From Candidatus Caldarchaeum sp. (GTDB lineage: Archaea > Thermoproteota > Nitrososphaeria_A > Caldarchaeales > Caldarchaeaceae), in contig JAWBRA010000006.1 in NCBI GenBank assembly GCA_038844785.1, forward strand, positions 1-64,000: DNA of 64,000 bases, given 5' to 3'. This document shows positions 38,986 through 47,739 of this stretch, piece after piece. A program made the translations under genes and the position numbers. Numbering within the stretch: position 1 is the first letter of the stretch; each line of letters opens with the position of its first letter. Below the pieces are notes generated by a model. The model saw only the letters and a program-made list of their open reading frames with translations, was not told the DNA's origin and did no database searches.

Positions 38986-39897
38986 CTACGGCATGATGTT
39001 TCGGACAGCGTCAACGAGCTCATTCAAATTCTGATATGTTCTGTCAGGTATTTTGGCGAGTATTTCCGAGACCCTTGCCCTCTGTCGTCTTGTTTTGTCG
39101 AACAGCTTCCATCCATGTCTGTCGATTAGATGCTGTTTGCTGGCTGGAAAGACCGCGTCATCCATCACCTCGGCGAACGACTCCACCCCCGTGCTGCTTG
39201 TAACAGGAGCCATCTGTCCCGTGTTTCTGTAAACCTTCAACCTCGCCGCATCCACATACATTCTAATTCCATGGAAGCTTAGGAAAACTCTCTTCGACGG
39301 AGTATTTTCAGCTTTCGTGTTTATCTCCACGACCTCGCTGTCGTCAAACTGATACATGTTGTGAACCCCTCTGCCGAAGAGCCGTGAATAGGTTATCCCC
39401 TCGTCGTAGTATTTCGGCATTTCCCTCGAGATGTCCGTCACATGGATTATGCCGATGTCCATCATCGTTTTGAAAGATTCTGCGGCTACCGGGCCTCTGG
39501 CCTCAAGCCCAACTTTGACACCGTCGCAATCCACGCTCGAGAAGAAAGTGGTGAGGAGCATGCTGGTTATGCTGAGTGTTGGAGGTGTTTCTAAAACGAG
39601 CAGGGGAGCGTGTAAAACCCTGCAAACATCAACGCAGTGTTCAAAGGCTTTGAAACACTGCTCCACAGCCCTCAACCCATACACATGCGTGACATGTCTG
39701 TGACATTTGACCGTGAAGACGAATTTTTCATCGACCGTTGAACGCCACGACATACACTGGCTCAAAGGAACCTTCTTGTAGAACGTGCTGTTCACTTCGA
39801 CGAAGTCGAAAGCTTTGCTGTATTCGCGGAGGCTGTTTCTCCCAGGGATTATGAAGTACTGCCAACCACCTGCACCGATGAGAACCTCACCAGCCAT
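38986..39897 (-). CDS. DUF72 family protein with a C-terminal DUF2795-like domain
   Basis: IGAGGWQY, VEVNSTFY, FTVK, YSRLFG; C-terminal FPASKQHLI...LAKIPDRTYQN. Confidence 0.85.
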   Translation of the reverse strand: MAGEVLIGAGGWQYFIIPGRNSLREYSKAFDFVEVNSTFYKKVPLSQCMSWRSTVDEKFVFTVKCHRHVTHVYGLRAVEQCFKAFEHCVDVCRVLHAPLLVLETPPTLSITSMLLTTFFSSVDCDGVKVGLEARGPVAAESFKTMMDIGIIHVTDISREMPKYYDEGITYSRLFGRGVHNMYQFDDSEVVEINTKAENTPSKRVFLSFHGIRMYVDAARLKVYRNTGQMAPVTSSTGVESFAEVMDDAVFPASKQHLIDRHGWKLFDKTRRQRARVSEILAKIPDRTYQNLNELVDAVRNIMP

Positions 39898-39903
39898 CCA
39901 GCG

Positions 39904-41085
39904 ATGAGAACGCTTAAAGCATTTGATAAGCTTTTAACAGTCAGCTTGGGTAGGATACTGCTGGGGACGAGCGGCTGGAGCTACGACGAATGGGTCGGGC
40001 CTGTTTACAAGAGTAAGAACGAGCCGAAGTTAAGGCGATACAGCAGCTTCTTCAAAACAGCTGAGATGGATTCAAGCTTCTACGCATATCCGAGAAAGGA
40101 GACGGTCATGGCCATGGCCGACAACGTTCCCGAATATTTCGTGTTCACGGCGAAGGCGCCGCAGGAAGTAACCCACAACCTCAAGCTGGATGTAAGGGCT
40201 GGAGCCGACAAAGCCCTTCAGAGATTCACGGAGGTTATGAGGCCGTTGAACAACGCAGGCATGCTTGGATGCATACTTCTCCAGCTTCCGCCTAAGATGG
40301 AGAACAACCCCGAAAAGCTGGAAACATTCCTCGAAGCCGTTGACAAAGACTTCAGATATTCCGTCGAGTTCAGACATCCATCATGGCTCAACGAACAAAC
40401 ATACAGAATACTGGGGAAGAACAATGTTGCCTACACAATCGTCGACGAGCCTCTGCTGCCGCCGACAGTGAAGGTTACAGCAGACTTTGCGTACGTTAGA
40501 TGGCATGGAAGAGGGAGTGAGCCATGGTACAACTATCTCTACAGCGTTGAAGAGCTTGTGGAATGGGTTCCAAGGCTGACAGCTGTTGCCGAGAAAGTTG
40601 ACGTCGTGTACGGGTATTTCAACAACCACTTCCACGGATACGCCGTCTACAACTGCGTACAGGTTTTGGAAATGCTCGGCCTTGCAGAGGAAAAGCATGC
40701 AAACCTCAAGCAGCAGATAGAGAACTACTTCGACATGATGGGTCTGGAGAGGACGGGGGCCCGGGACGATTTTACAAGGCTTCTCTCCATGTTTGTGGAC
40801 AGGCGGCGGCTTGAACGTGCGTCGGAGATAGCTGTGGAATCGGTCACCGTGTTGGAGGACGACGGAGCCAGAATTAGGGCTAAAGTGAAAGAATACACGG
40901 TAGAGATAGACACCGCGTCCAAGAGAGTTTACCACGACTGTCAAGACTGGGCTAGGACGTCAAAAAACAAGAAGCTATGCAAACATGTGGCAAAACTGCT
41001 CGAAACGCTTCCCAGAGAAAGGGCAGCGCAAATGCTTAGAAGCATGGCTGAGGATGCAGAAACCTGGCGGTTCGACACAACTTAA
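39904..41085 (+). CDS. DUF72 family protein fused to a SWIM zinc finger
   Basis: LGTSGWSY, EMDSSFY, VEFRHPSW, YVRWHG, YFNNH; C-terminal HDCQDW...LCKH. True start may be ~39946. Confidence 0.88.
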   Translation: MRTLKAFDKLLTVSLGRILLGTSGWSYDEWVGPVYKSKNEPKLRRYSSFFKTAEMDSSFYAYPRKETVMAMADNVPEYFVFTAKAPQEVTHNLKLDVRAGADKALQRFTEVMRPLNNAGMLGCILLQLPPKMENNPEKLETFLEAVDKDFRYSVEFRHPSWLNEQTYRILGKNNVAYTIVDEPLLPPTVKVTADFAYVRWHGRGSEPWYNYLYSVEELVEWVPRLTAVAEKVDVVYGYFNNHFHGYAVYNCVQVLEMLGLAEEKHANLKQQIENYFDMMGLERTGARDDFTRLLSMFVDRRRLERASEIAVESVTVLEDDGARIRAKVKEYTVEIDTASKRVYHDCQDWARTSKNKKLCKHVAKLLETLPRERAAQMLRSMAEDAETWRFDTT

Positions 41086-41197
41086 TGAGACACTGAGCCG
41101 CTGCGTGGAGTTTTCACTATTTTGTTGATTGTTTCTACGTCTTTTTTGAAGTCGAGGCAGCCGTGTGGCAGCAGGCCACCGCCGAACGATTTAGGGA

Positions 41198-41352
41198 GGG
41201 TTGCTCTCAAGGGGTGAGAGCAGAGAGACATGATGAGCCTGCATAGGAAGGCGGCGAAAAAGTTTTTCCACAAACCCCATGTCGGCACCGTCAAAAGCAT
41301 AGAAGGAATCACAGTTCTCAGGCTGGCGGAAACCCTCCACAACATACTCAAA
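41198..41352 (+). repeat. 155-bp direct repeat, copy 1 (154/155 identical to 63659-63813)
   Basis: GGGTTGCTCTCAAGGGG...CAACATACTCAAA; carries a truncated copy of the gene starting at 63691. Confidence 0.95.
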
Positions 41353-41470
41353 CGGCTTGGAGGAGATACTTAAACGTCTTGACAGACATTGGGCGGAGCT
41401 CCTCAAGCTTAGGGAAGACATGCTACAAGGATTCAGAAGACATGATGATCGGGTAACGGGAAAACTTTAA

Positions 41471-41630
41471 GGAAAAAAAGGGGAGGGTTTGGCTGGAGGC
41501 AACCAGCAAGACAGCATCAAAGAACCCCAAAGAGAGGCCGGTACGTTTGGGTATGTGTCATGTATGGGTTTTACACCTATACACGTTAAATCGTTCGTCA
41601 TACCGGCTTTGGGGTTTTTCTCTGCTCTCT
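41471..41630 (-). ncRNA. IS110-associated structured RNA candidate, copy C
   Basis: GCCTCCAGCC + pyrimidine tail; GCCGGTAT/GTACCGGC stem enclosing two symmetric 15-nt loop strands (GAC-N9-AAC) and an apical hairpin. Confidence 0.6.
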
Positions 41631-41764
41631 AAGCCGGTTGTAGCTTCTCACACATCTAACTCTCTCCACGTCAACGTAATGCAGGCCCGCCTCTCAACAA
41701 GCATCCTAACCCTCTCCTCCAAGTCTGGAGCCCGCCTGTAAGTTATCAACGCAGAGGAAGCGTT

Positions 41765-41855
41765 GTGGAGGTTTATGAGCTTTTACAGTAGCCAGGGCCG
41801 ACGGCATTAACACCGCATTGATAGAGCTTAAGTGGAGGTTTATGAGCTTTTACAG
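41765..41855 (+). repeat. 24-bp direct repeat GTGGAGGTTTATGAGCTTTTACAG x2 with a 43-bp spacer
   Basis: Identical copies at 41765-41788 and 41832-41855; the second overlaps the pantoate kinase stop codon. Confidence 0.9.
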
Positions 41856-42770
41856 CGCGTTCAACGTGATGGACGAGTTCGTTTCCCCGACTACTATGCG
41901 GTGCTGCGGAAACCTCGTCCTCAGCGTTGCTGCGATGTTTTCAACGTCTTCCTCGTAGACGAGGGCGTGGACGGCTTTGCCGACCATGTTCATAGCGTAG
42001 CCCAATGTCGGAAGCCTCTCCATCGCTGTGAAAATCTCATGGACCTGCTGGTCGACGAAGCCTGCTTCAGCTGCGAAGGCTCTCGCCTGGCTTAGGAAGT
42101 TTTCAGGCGTGGGTTTCTGGAGAATCCTCTCGATGTATGTGTCGCCGAGCCTTTCCAAGTGCTGGAGCCTTTCAACAGAGGCTATGGCGTCTGAGGTCGG
42201 TATCTGGCCCGCCACCACGGACACGATTTTGCAGCGTGAAGGAAGAGGTATCTCGTCTGTTATCGAGTGGTCCGGCGACCCCTCCCTTAAAACAAGAACC
42301 AAACCGGTCTTCCCAAAACCAGCCTCGCTGTTCAAACCAGTTCTGCATTCAAGCTCTATGTAGTGGGTTAGTTTGACTGCTTCACGGAGCGTAATAGGTT
42401 TTCCGGACAGATAGGAAAGGGACATGATAACGCCTAAGGCTGAGGCTGCGCTTGTTCCGAAACCTGTAGCTATAGGTACGTGTATCCGATGTTTAACAAC
42501 TACAAAGCCCTCTAAACCGCATAGTTTTCTAGCAAGCTCCACAGCCTTCTCCGACGGCGGGAAAGACGCAGGCTTCCCGTTAATCTCAATCCTTAAACCA
42601 GACCCGCCGTCCAAAACCTCGACAGCGGTTTCAACCCCCGGCACGAAGGAGAAACCTCCTCCCCTAGCCCCAACCCTGTCAGGGTCTTCCCGAAGTTTTC
42701 CGTTGTCCAGAACCTTGGGGGAGAATATGCTTGAAAGAGGTGTAGGCGTCTTGATGAAAGCTTTCCGCAA
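41850..42770 (-). CDS. Pantoate kinase (archaeal GHMP kinase)
   Basis: GARGGG, PIATGFGTSAA, HYIELECRTGL, MNMVGKAV. Confidence 0.85.
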   Translation of the reverse strand: MRKAFIKTPTPLSSIFSPKVLDNGKLREDPDRVGARGGGFSFVPGVETAVEVLDGGSGLRIEINGKPASFPPSEKAVELARKLCGLEGFVVVKHRIHVPIATGFGTSAASALGVIMSLSYLSGKPITLREAVKLTHYIELECRTGLNSEAGFGKTGLVLVLREGSPDHSITDEIPLPSRCKIVSVVAGQIPTSDAIASVERLQHLERLGDTYIERILQKPTPENFLSQARAFAAEAGFVDQQVHEIFTAMERLPTLGYAMNMVGKAVHALVYEEDVENIAATLRTRFPQHRIVVGETNSSITLNAL

Positions 42771-42772
42771 GC

Positions 42773-43510
42773 TTATTCACGCGCGGCTACAGGCACAGCT
42801 TTTCTCACAGCAGCAGTCAACGGCGGCAGCAAAGTCATCAGAAAAGGTATCTCCGTCAAATAAGTCCAGAGGAACCAGATGGCTGCGGCGAACAGGGGAA
42901 GGTTTTGCCCTCCACCCGCCACGGCTGGCAGGGAGAAGAACTGGCTGTATCCCCAGACCCCAAGCCCTATCATAGTTGCTCCTAGAAGAAGCCCTATTGA
43001 TGACGCGGCTATAAGACCTGCGTAAACAGGCCTGTAAAGACTGTAGAAGACGCTTATCCCGAAGGAGAGGACTGCGGCGCCTAAGAAAACCGAGCCGGTT
43101 AAAGCATCGCCGAAGAAATTCATCCAAAGGGCCAGCAGAGTCACGGTCAACGGTATAGCCTGCAACGCTACAGACAGCGACGGCCCACGTCCGGCTCTTC
43201 CGAGAGCCTTTGCAAGCACCCCTAAGACGTAGAAGCCGGCCATGTTGGATGTGACGCCGACGGTTATGCTTAGCACGGGGTCGCCGTGGATGAGCATGTC
43301 GCTTACGAAGATTCCAATGCCCGCTCCAACCGCGCCTATGCGAGGCGAGTAGACTACGGCGAAAACCGCAGGTATGACGACCGACGGCCAGAAACGCACC
43401 GTGCCTACAACAGGCGCGAAGACCCCCAGATAAGTCAGATATCCCACACCAGCGTACAAAGCAGCGTTAGCCGCTATAAGAACGAGTTCAAGCGATTTTT
43501 TGTAGGGCAT
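42773..43510 (-). CDS. ECF transporter S-component-like membrane protein
   Basis: AALYA...VRFWPSVVIP...GAVGAGIG.FVSD; co-transcribed with pantoate kinase. Confidence 0.75.
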   Translation of the reverse strand: MPYKKSLELVLIAANAALYAGVGYLTYLGVFAPVVGTVRFWPSVVIPAVFAVVYSPRIGAVGAGIGIFVSDMLIHGDPVLSITVGVTSNMAGFYVLGVLAKALGRAGRGPSLSVALQAIPLTVTLLALWMNFFGDALTGSVFLGAAVLSFGISVFYSLYRPVYAGLIAASSIGLLLGATMIGLGVWGYSQFFSLPAVAGGGQNLPLFAAAIWFLWTYLTEIPFLMTLLPPLTAAVRKAVPVAARE

Positions 43511-43574
43511 AGCGATATCTATATAGTTTTGTGTCTGAAAACCTTTTCCTATATAGTTTATAGTGTCACAATTT

Positions 43575-44069
43575 TCAAACAAGCTTCTTGAGAACGTCGA
43601 TCCTGACAGGTAGTTTCATGTCCCGGACCGCTAAAACCTTTCCCCGGATGTCCGACAAAACGAGTAGCTTTTGCCCTACTTTCCATGGGCGATAGTCGAA
43701 GAACTTGACTAGCGTCATGTCTTCCGACACCGCCTCTACTTCGAAGCCGTTTGCGGTGAAGCTGAAGGACGGGGTCATGGGCAGGAAGAAGAACCAGTCG
43801 TTGCCCTTTTGTTTTACAGACCTAACCACGGCACGTCTAAGCCTTCTACCCATCTTCTCGAGCCTATCTTTAACAACCATGAAAACAGATAGGCTTGTCG
43901 GAATGGTGAAAAACAGCTTAAGAAGGCTGTCCTGCCCTGTCAGATACACGACGGCAAGGGCCGCGGAGAAGATGGTCAACACCTCCAGCTTGAGTATGAA
44001 AGCCATTCTGTCACGCTGCAGCCTACCCTCAAAGCTTACAGCAAAGGGCAGACCCATGCCATAACCCAT
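43575..44069 (-). CDS. Hypothetical membrane protein
   Basis: Two TM segments plus a soluble C-terminus. Confidence 0.6.
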   Translation of the reverse strand: MGYGMGLPFAVSFEGRLQRDRMAFILKLEVLTIFSAALAVVYLTGQDSLLKLFFTIPTSLSVFMVVKDRLEKMGRRLRRAVVRSVKQKGNDWFFFLPMTPSFSFTANGFEVEAVSEDMTLVKFFDYRPWKVGQKLLVLSDIRGKVLAVRDMKLPVRIDVLKKLV

Positions 44070-44090
44070 CCAACACGAGTTGTAAAAAAC

Positions 44091-44315
44091 TTATTGCTTT
44101 AGCGTTATACCGCCACGTTTAGACAGCTTCCTCACGTATATGATGGTTATTAAGGCCGTCCATCCTAGGGCTGCGAAAAGCCACACGACAAGGTTTAACG
44201 GCGTCAAAAGGCCGTTGAAATAAAACAGCACAAGAAGAATTACAGGCACCGCTGTCAGCAAAACCGCCAGCAGAGTTGATTCAACGATGAATTTCATCTG
44301 TCTAGACAGCCGCAT
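44091..44315 (-). CDS. Small hypothetical membrane protein
   Basis: 74 aa, two TM helices. Confidence 0.55.
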   Translation of the reverse strand: MRLSRQMKFIVESTLLAVLLTAVPVILLVLFYFNGLLTPLNLVVWLFAALGWTALITIIYVRKLSKRGGITLKQ

Positions 44316-44394
44316 CGCTGAAAAAAGGAGCTTAACGCGAGGTAAAAAACATGCTTAAGCTGGCGGGGAGAATATCTGTTCAATTGCCTTACTG

Positions 44395-45672
44395 CTATGT
44401 TATGTTTGCTCCCAGCCTTTTCAGGTCTTCGAGGAAGCCGGGGTATGAGACATCCGCCGACTCCATCCCTAAAACTCTTAGCCCTTTACTTAACGCCAGG
44501 CCTAAGGCTGTGAAAGCCATGAAGAGCCTGTGGTCGCCGTGGCTGTCTAGCAAAACACCGCCCTCAATATCCTTACTCCCCTCTATGACAAGCCCGTCAT
44601 GCTCTTCTTTCACGTTGACCCCCAGCTTTCTAAGCTCTGTGGCAACGGCTGAGATGCGGTCGCTCTCCTTCAACCGTGCGTGAGCAACTCCATACAGCCT
44701 GACAACCCCGTCGTTCAAAGCCGCCATGACCGCGGCTACTGGAAGCAGGTCAGGACTGTCTGTAAGCCTAAACTCAACGTCAACGTCTTTTGTACGGCCC
44801 TCAACCTCTATTCTCCCGCTTCCCACTATTATCCTCGAGCCGAAGGATTCGGCTATGTGTAGGATGGCCGAGTCTGCCTGAGGCATCTGCATGCCTAGGT
44901 TTGTGATTGTAGCACGTCCGCCTGTTAGGTGGGCAGCCGCTATTATGAAGGCTGCTGAACTGAAGTCGCCGGGGATTGTGAAGTCCGCTCCCTGAAGGGT
45001 TTGAGGTTCTACGGTGAATTGTCTAAACCCTTCCACGCCTATTTTTCCTCCGAAAATCTCCACCATTTTTATGGTTGCCTCGACATAAGGTTTTGAAACA
45101 AGCTCGCCTTCAACGGAAACGGTAACTTGATGGGATGCTCTGAGGCCTGTCAGGAGGAGGGATGTTACATACTGCGATGATTCTGAGCCTTTTATCGACG
45201 TCCATCCTCCTTCCACTCCTCCGCCCTTAACCACAACGGGAGCCGTTCCAGAACCTCGTGTAGACCAGCACTCCACGCCAAGATCTCTGAGCGATTGGAG
45301 AAGAGGGCCTAAGGGCCTTCTTCTGATGCTTTCGTCTCCCGTGAGGATGGTGTAGCCTTTTTCTACGAGAGCTGAAAGACCGGTGTATATCCTGAGCGTC
45401 GTCCCCGAGTTCATCACGTTAATAACGTCTTCGGGACAGTGGAATCTCCTGACCCCTTTTATCTCTAGAAAATCGTTTCCCTGTTTTATTTCAACGCCCA
45501 GCATCTTTGAAGCGTTGATTGTTGCCTGTGTGTCGCGTGAGATGAGCGGTTTTCTAACGATAGATTTTTCCTCGGCAAGGCTTGCGAGGGCGACTGCCCT
45601 ATGGGTGTAGCTTTTGCTGGGCGGTGCTTCAACAACACCTTCAACCTTAGAAGGCTTTACGGAGACCGTCAT
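44395..45672 (-). CDS. aroA: 3-phosphoshikimate 1-carboxyvinyltransferase
   Basis: PPSKSYTHR, NSGTTLR, SSQY, PGDFSSA, RLKESDR, DHR. Confidence 0.96.
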   Translation of the reverse strand: MTVSVKPSKVEGVVEAPPSKSYTHRAVALASLAEEKSIVRKPLISRDTQATINASKMLGVEIKQGNDFLEIKGVRRFHCPEDVINVMNSGTTLRIYTGLSALVEKGYTILTGDESIRRRPLGPLLQSLRDLGVECWSTRGSGTAPVVVKGGGVEGGWTSIKGSESSQYVTSLLLTGLRASHQVTVSVEGELVSKPYVEATIKMVEIFGGKIGVEGFRQFTVEPQTLQGADFTIPGDFSSAAFIIAAAHLTGGRATITNLGMQMPQADSAILHIAESFGSRIIVGSGRIEVEGRTKDVDVEFRLTDSPDLLPVAAVMAALNDGVVRLYGVAHARLKESDRISAVATELRKLGVNVKEEHDGLVIEGSKDIEGGVLLDSHGDHRLFMAFTALGLALSKGLRVLGMESADVSYPGFLEDLKRLGANIT

Positions 45673-46526
45673 GGTTCATCGCCTACGGGGCTGGGGTTTA
45701 TCCGACATTTGATTACCCTGCCTTCGAAGGATTGGAAGGCTTCAAAAACCCTCTCAACATCCTCCTCCCTGCATATTGCGGCGACCGCGGGCCCCGTCCC
45801 GGACAACCCTGCAGCCAGCGCACCAGCACGTAAGGCCTGTAAAGCAGGCTGCGTAGGCAGTCCAAGAGCCGCTGAATGTATTAAGCCGTTCAGAGTCATG
45901 GCTTTCCAGTAATGCCCTTCGTAAGCGAGGTTGAAGGCTAGCAGGGCAAGCTCTCTCACCGGCTCGAGCAGCTCTTTCCTAAAGTGTTTGGTGTATGTTT
46001 TGCCGGGTGGTATGTATATGACCGTCATCAAGCCGCTGTCCACATAATCTCTCTTCAGTATTTTTCTTTCATGGTTGTTTGTTACGACTACTCCACCCAG
46101 CATGCAGGCTGCAGCGTCGTCTAAAGCACCTGTTATCGAAGTGCCTGAGCGTATTGAGGCTTCTGCAACAAGCTTTAGAAACTCTTCCGCCGGCAGTTTC
46201 CCGTCAACTGCGTTGAGAAAAGCTTTGGCAATCGCAACCGCTGCCGAGCTTGAGCTCTTAAGCCCAACAGCCATCGGTATCTCAGACTTTGTCGAAACCC
46301 TGCATCCATTGACCGATACTCCTAAACGCTGGGCGAAAACCCTAACAACTTCCTCCGCCAGCTGCGGGTCTGACCTCACACCGTTGATCTCAAGCACAAA
46401 CGAATTGCTCGACGTCAGTTCGAGGAAAGCCTCTGTCTGGAGGTTTATTCCAAGCGCAGCTCCATAACCTGTTGAGATAGCGTTCACTATTGACACGGCT
46501 CCGTACGCTTTTCCGACACCCCTCAT
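45669..46526 (-). CDS. aroK: Archaeal shikimate kinase (GHMP)
   Basis: IVNAISTG.G, GLKSSSSAA, SITGALDDA, GLSGTGP. Confidence 0.93.
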   Translation of the reverse strand: MRGVGKAYGAVSIVNAISTGYGAALGINLQTEAFLELTSSNSFVLEINGVRSDPQLAEEVVRVFAQRLGVSVNGCRVSTKSEIPMAVGLKSSSSAAVAIAKAFLNAVDGKLPAEEFLKLVAEASIRSGTSITGALDDAAACMLGGVVVTNNHERKILKRDYVDSGLMTVIYIPPGKTYTKHFRKELLEPVRELALLAFNLAYEGHYWKAMTLNGLIHSAALGLPTQPALQALRAGALAAGLSGTGPAVAAICREEDVERVFEAFQSFEGRVIKCRINPSPVGDEP

Positions 46527-47359
46527 TTCTCGAACACCTTGAGCGCGTTCACCACGGCTTTCTCCATCACCTTACGGTCGGGCTCTATGCCCAACCATAT
46601 CTTCAAAGCTTCAGCCCCCTGCGCCACAAGCATCTTGACACCATTTATCGTCTTCGCACCCTTGGCCTTGGCTGTTTTGAGAAGCTTTGTCTCGACAGGG
46701 TTGTAGACCATGTCGAACACGGTCATGTTGCTGTGAAGCAGCTTGCCCGGTATGGGTGTTGAGTTGGTGTTTGGATACATGCCGACGGGTGTGGCGTTTA
46801 TCAACAGCTCTGTTTCTCTCATTATATCCTCCAGCTTCATCGAGCCGAATTTGACAAACCTGCATCCCACCCCCTTTCTCTCCGCAAACCTCTTGAACAT
46901 TTTCATGGTGCTAGCTCTTCTTCCGACGAAAACCACATCTCTGAACCCGCGTTTCTTCAAAGCTATGGCTGCGGCTCTGGCGGCTCCGCCCACGCCCAAC
47001 ACAACAACGTTTCCGTCAACCTCCTGCTGGGAGGGGATGACAGCCAGAACGCCTGCAACATCAGTGTTATAACCCACAAGCTTTCCGCCCTTTATCTTCA
47101 CGACGTTCACCGCCTCAACCTCTCTGGCCGAGGTCTTAAGCTCGCTGAGATGCTTTATGATGGTGACTTTGTGAGGGATGGTTACGTTGAAGCCGAGAAA
47201 ATTCATCAAAGGTGCTGAGCTGCAGAAAGCCTTCAGGTCCCGTGGCTTCACCTCAACGGGGATGTAGAAAATTTCCTCAACCCCAGCGTGACGCAACGCC
47301 GCGTTAACCATCGCTGGAGAAGCAGTGTGACCAATAGGATAGCCGATGACGCCGAGCAA
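46523..47359 (-). CDS. aroE: Shikimate dehydrogenase
   Basis: GYPIGHTASP, NVTIPHK, GYNTD, GVGGAAR, NATPVGM, DMVYNP. Confidence 0.95.
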   Translation of the reverse strand: MLGVIGYPIGHTASPAMVNAALRHAGVEEIFYIPVEVKPRDLKAFCSSAPLMNFLGFNVTIPHKVTIIKHLSELKTSAREVEAVNVVKIKGGKLVGYNTDVAGVLAVIPSQQEVDGNVVVLGVGGAARAAAIALKKRGFRDVVFVGRRASTMKMFKRFAERKGVGCRFVKFGSMKLEDIMRETELLINATPVGMYPNTNSTPIPGKLLHSNMTVFDMVYNPVETKLLKTAKAKGAKTINGVKMLVAQGAEALKIWLGIEPDRKVMEKAVVNALKVFEK

Positions 47360-47440
47360 GCCAGACCTCAGCCAGCCACCACCCTCCTAAGCCCTCCCCA
47401 ACCAGCCTGTATCTGCGAGTGCAGTATTTAATCTTCTGGA

Positions 47441-47565
47441 AGGAAAAAACAAGGGGAGAGTTGGCTGGAGGCAACCAGCAGAACAACATCAAGAAACCCA
47501 CAAGAAAGGCCTACTGATACAGCCGGGCCATATCAAATAGATACAGACTGTTAAACGTAGGGGAA
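47441..47565 (-). ncRNA. IS110-associated structured RNA candidate, copy D (5'-truncated)
   Basis: Closely similar to the reverse complement of 12100-12215, with different loop sequences. Confidence 0.55.
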
Positions 47566-47739
47566 AAGAGGCTTCGGAGCCATCTTCCCAAGACCGGAAT
47601 AAGGTTAGCATGCTTCCATACGCCCGTGGGTGAACGAATGTTAAACGATTGTGATATTTTGATATTTTGAATATTTAAAGTATTTTTGTCGCTGCGCAAT
47701 TTTTATATGTCGGACAACCGCTTCAAAAATGAACGGAAT

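Larger units (their letters stand above)
41353..41855 (-). mobile_element. Internally deleted, non-autonomous derivative of the IS110-like element
   Basis: Left-end/promoter motif AAAAGCTCATAAACCTC resembles GAAAAGAGGCTTATAAACCTC at 2630. A short HYVDV remnant (cf. FYVDV) is joined directly to RNA copy C. Confidence 0.5.

Noticed and set aside
41765-41855. CRISPR array
   Set aside because: Only two repeats, no GAAA(C/G) end, no leader or cas genes, and the repeat overlaps a stop codon.
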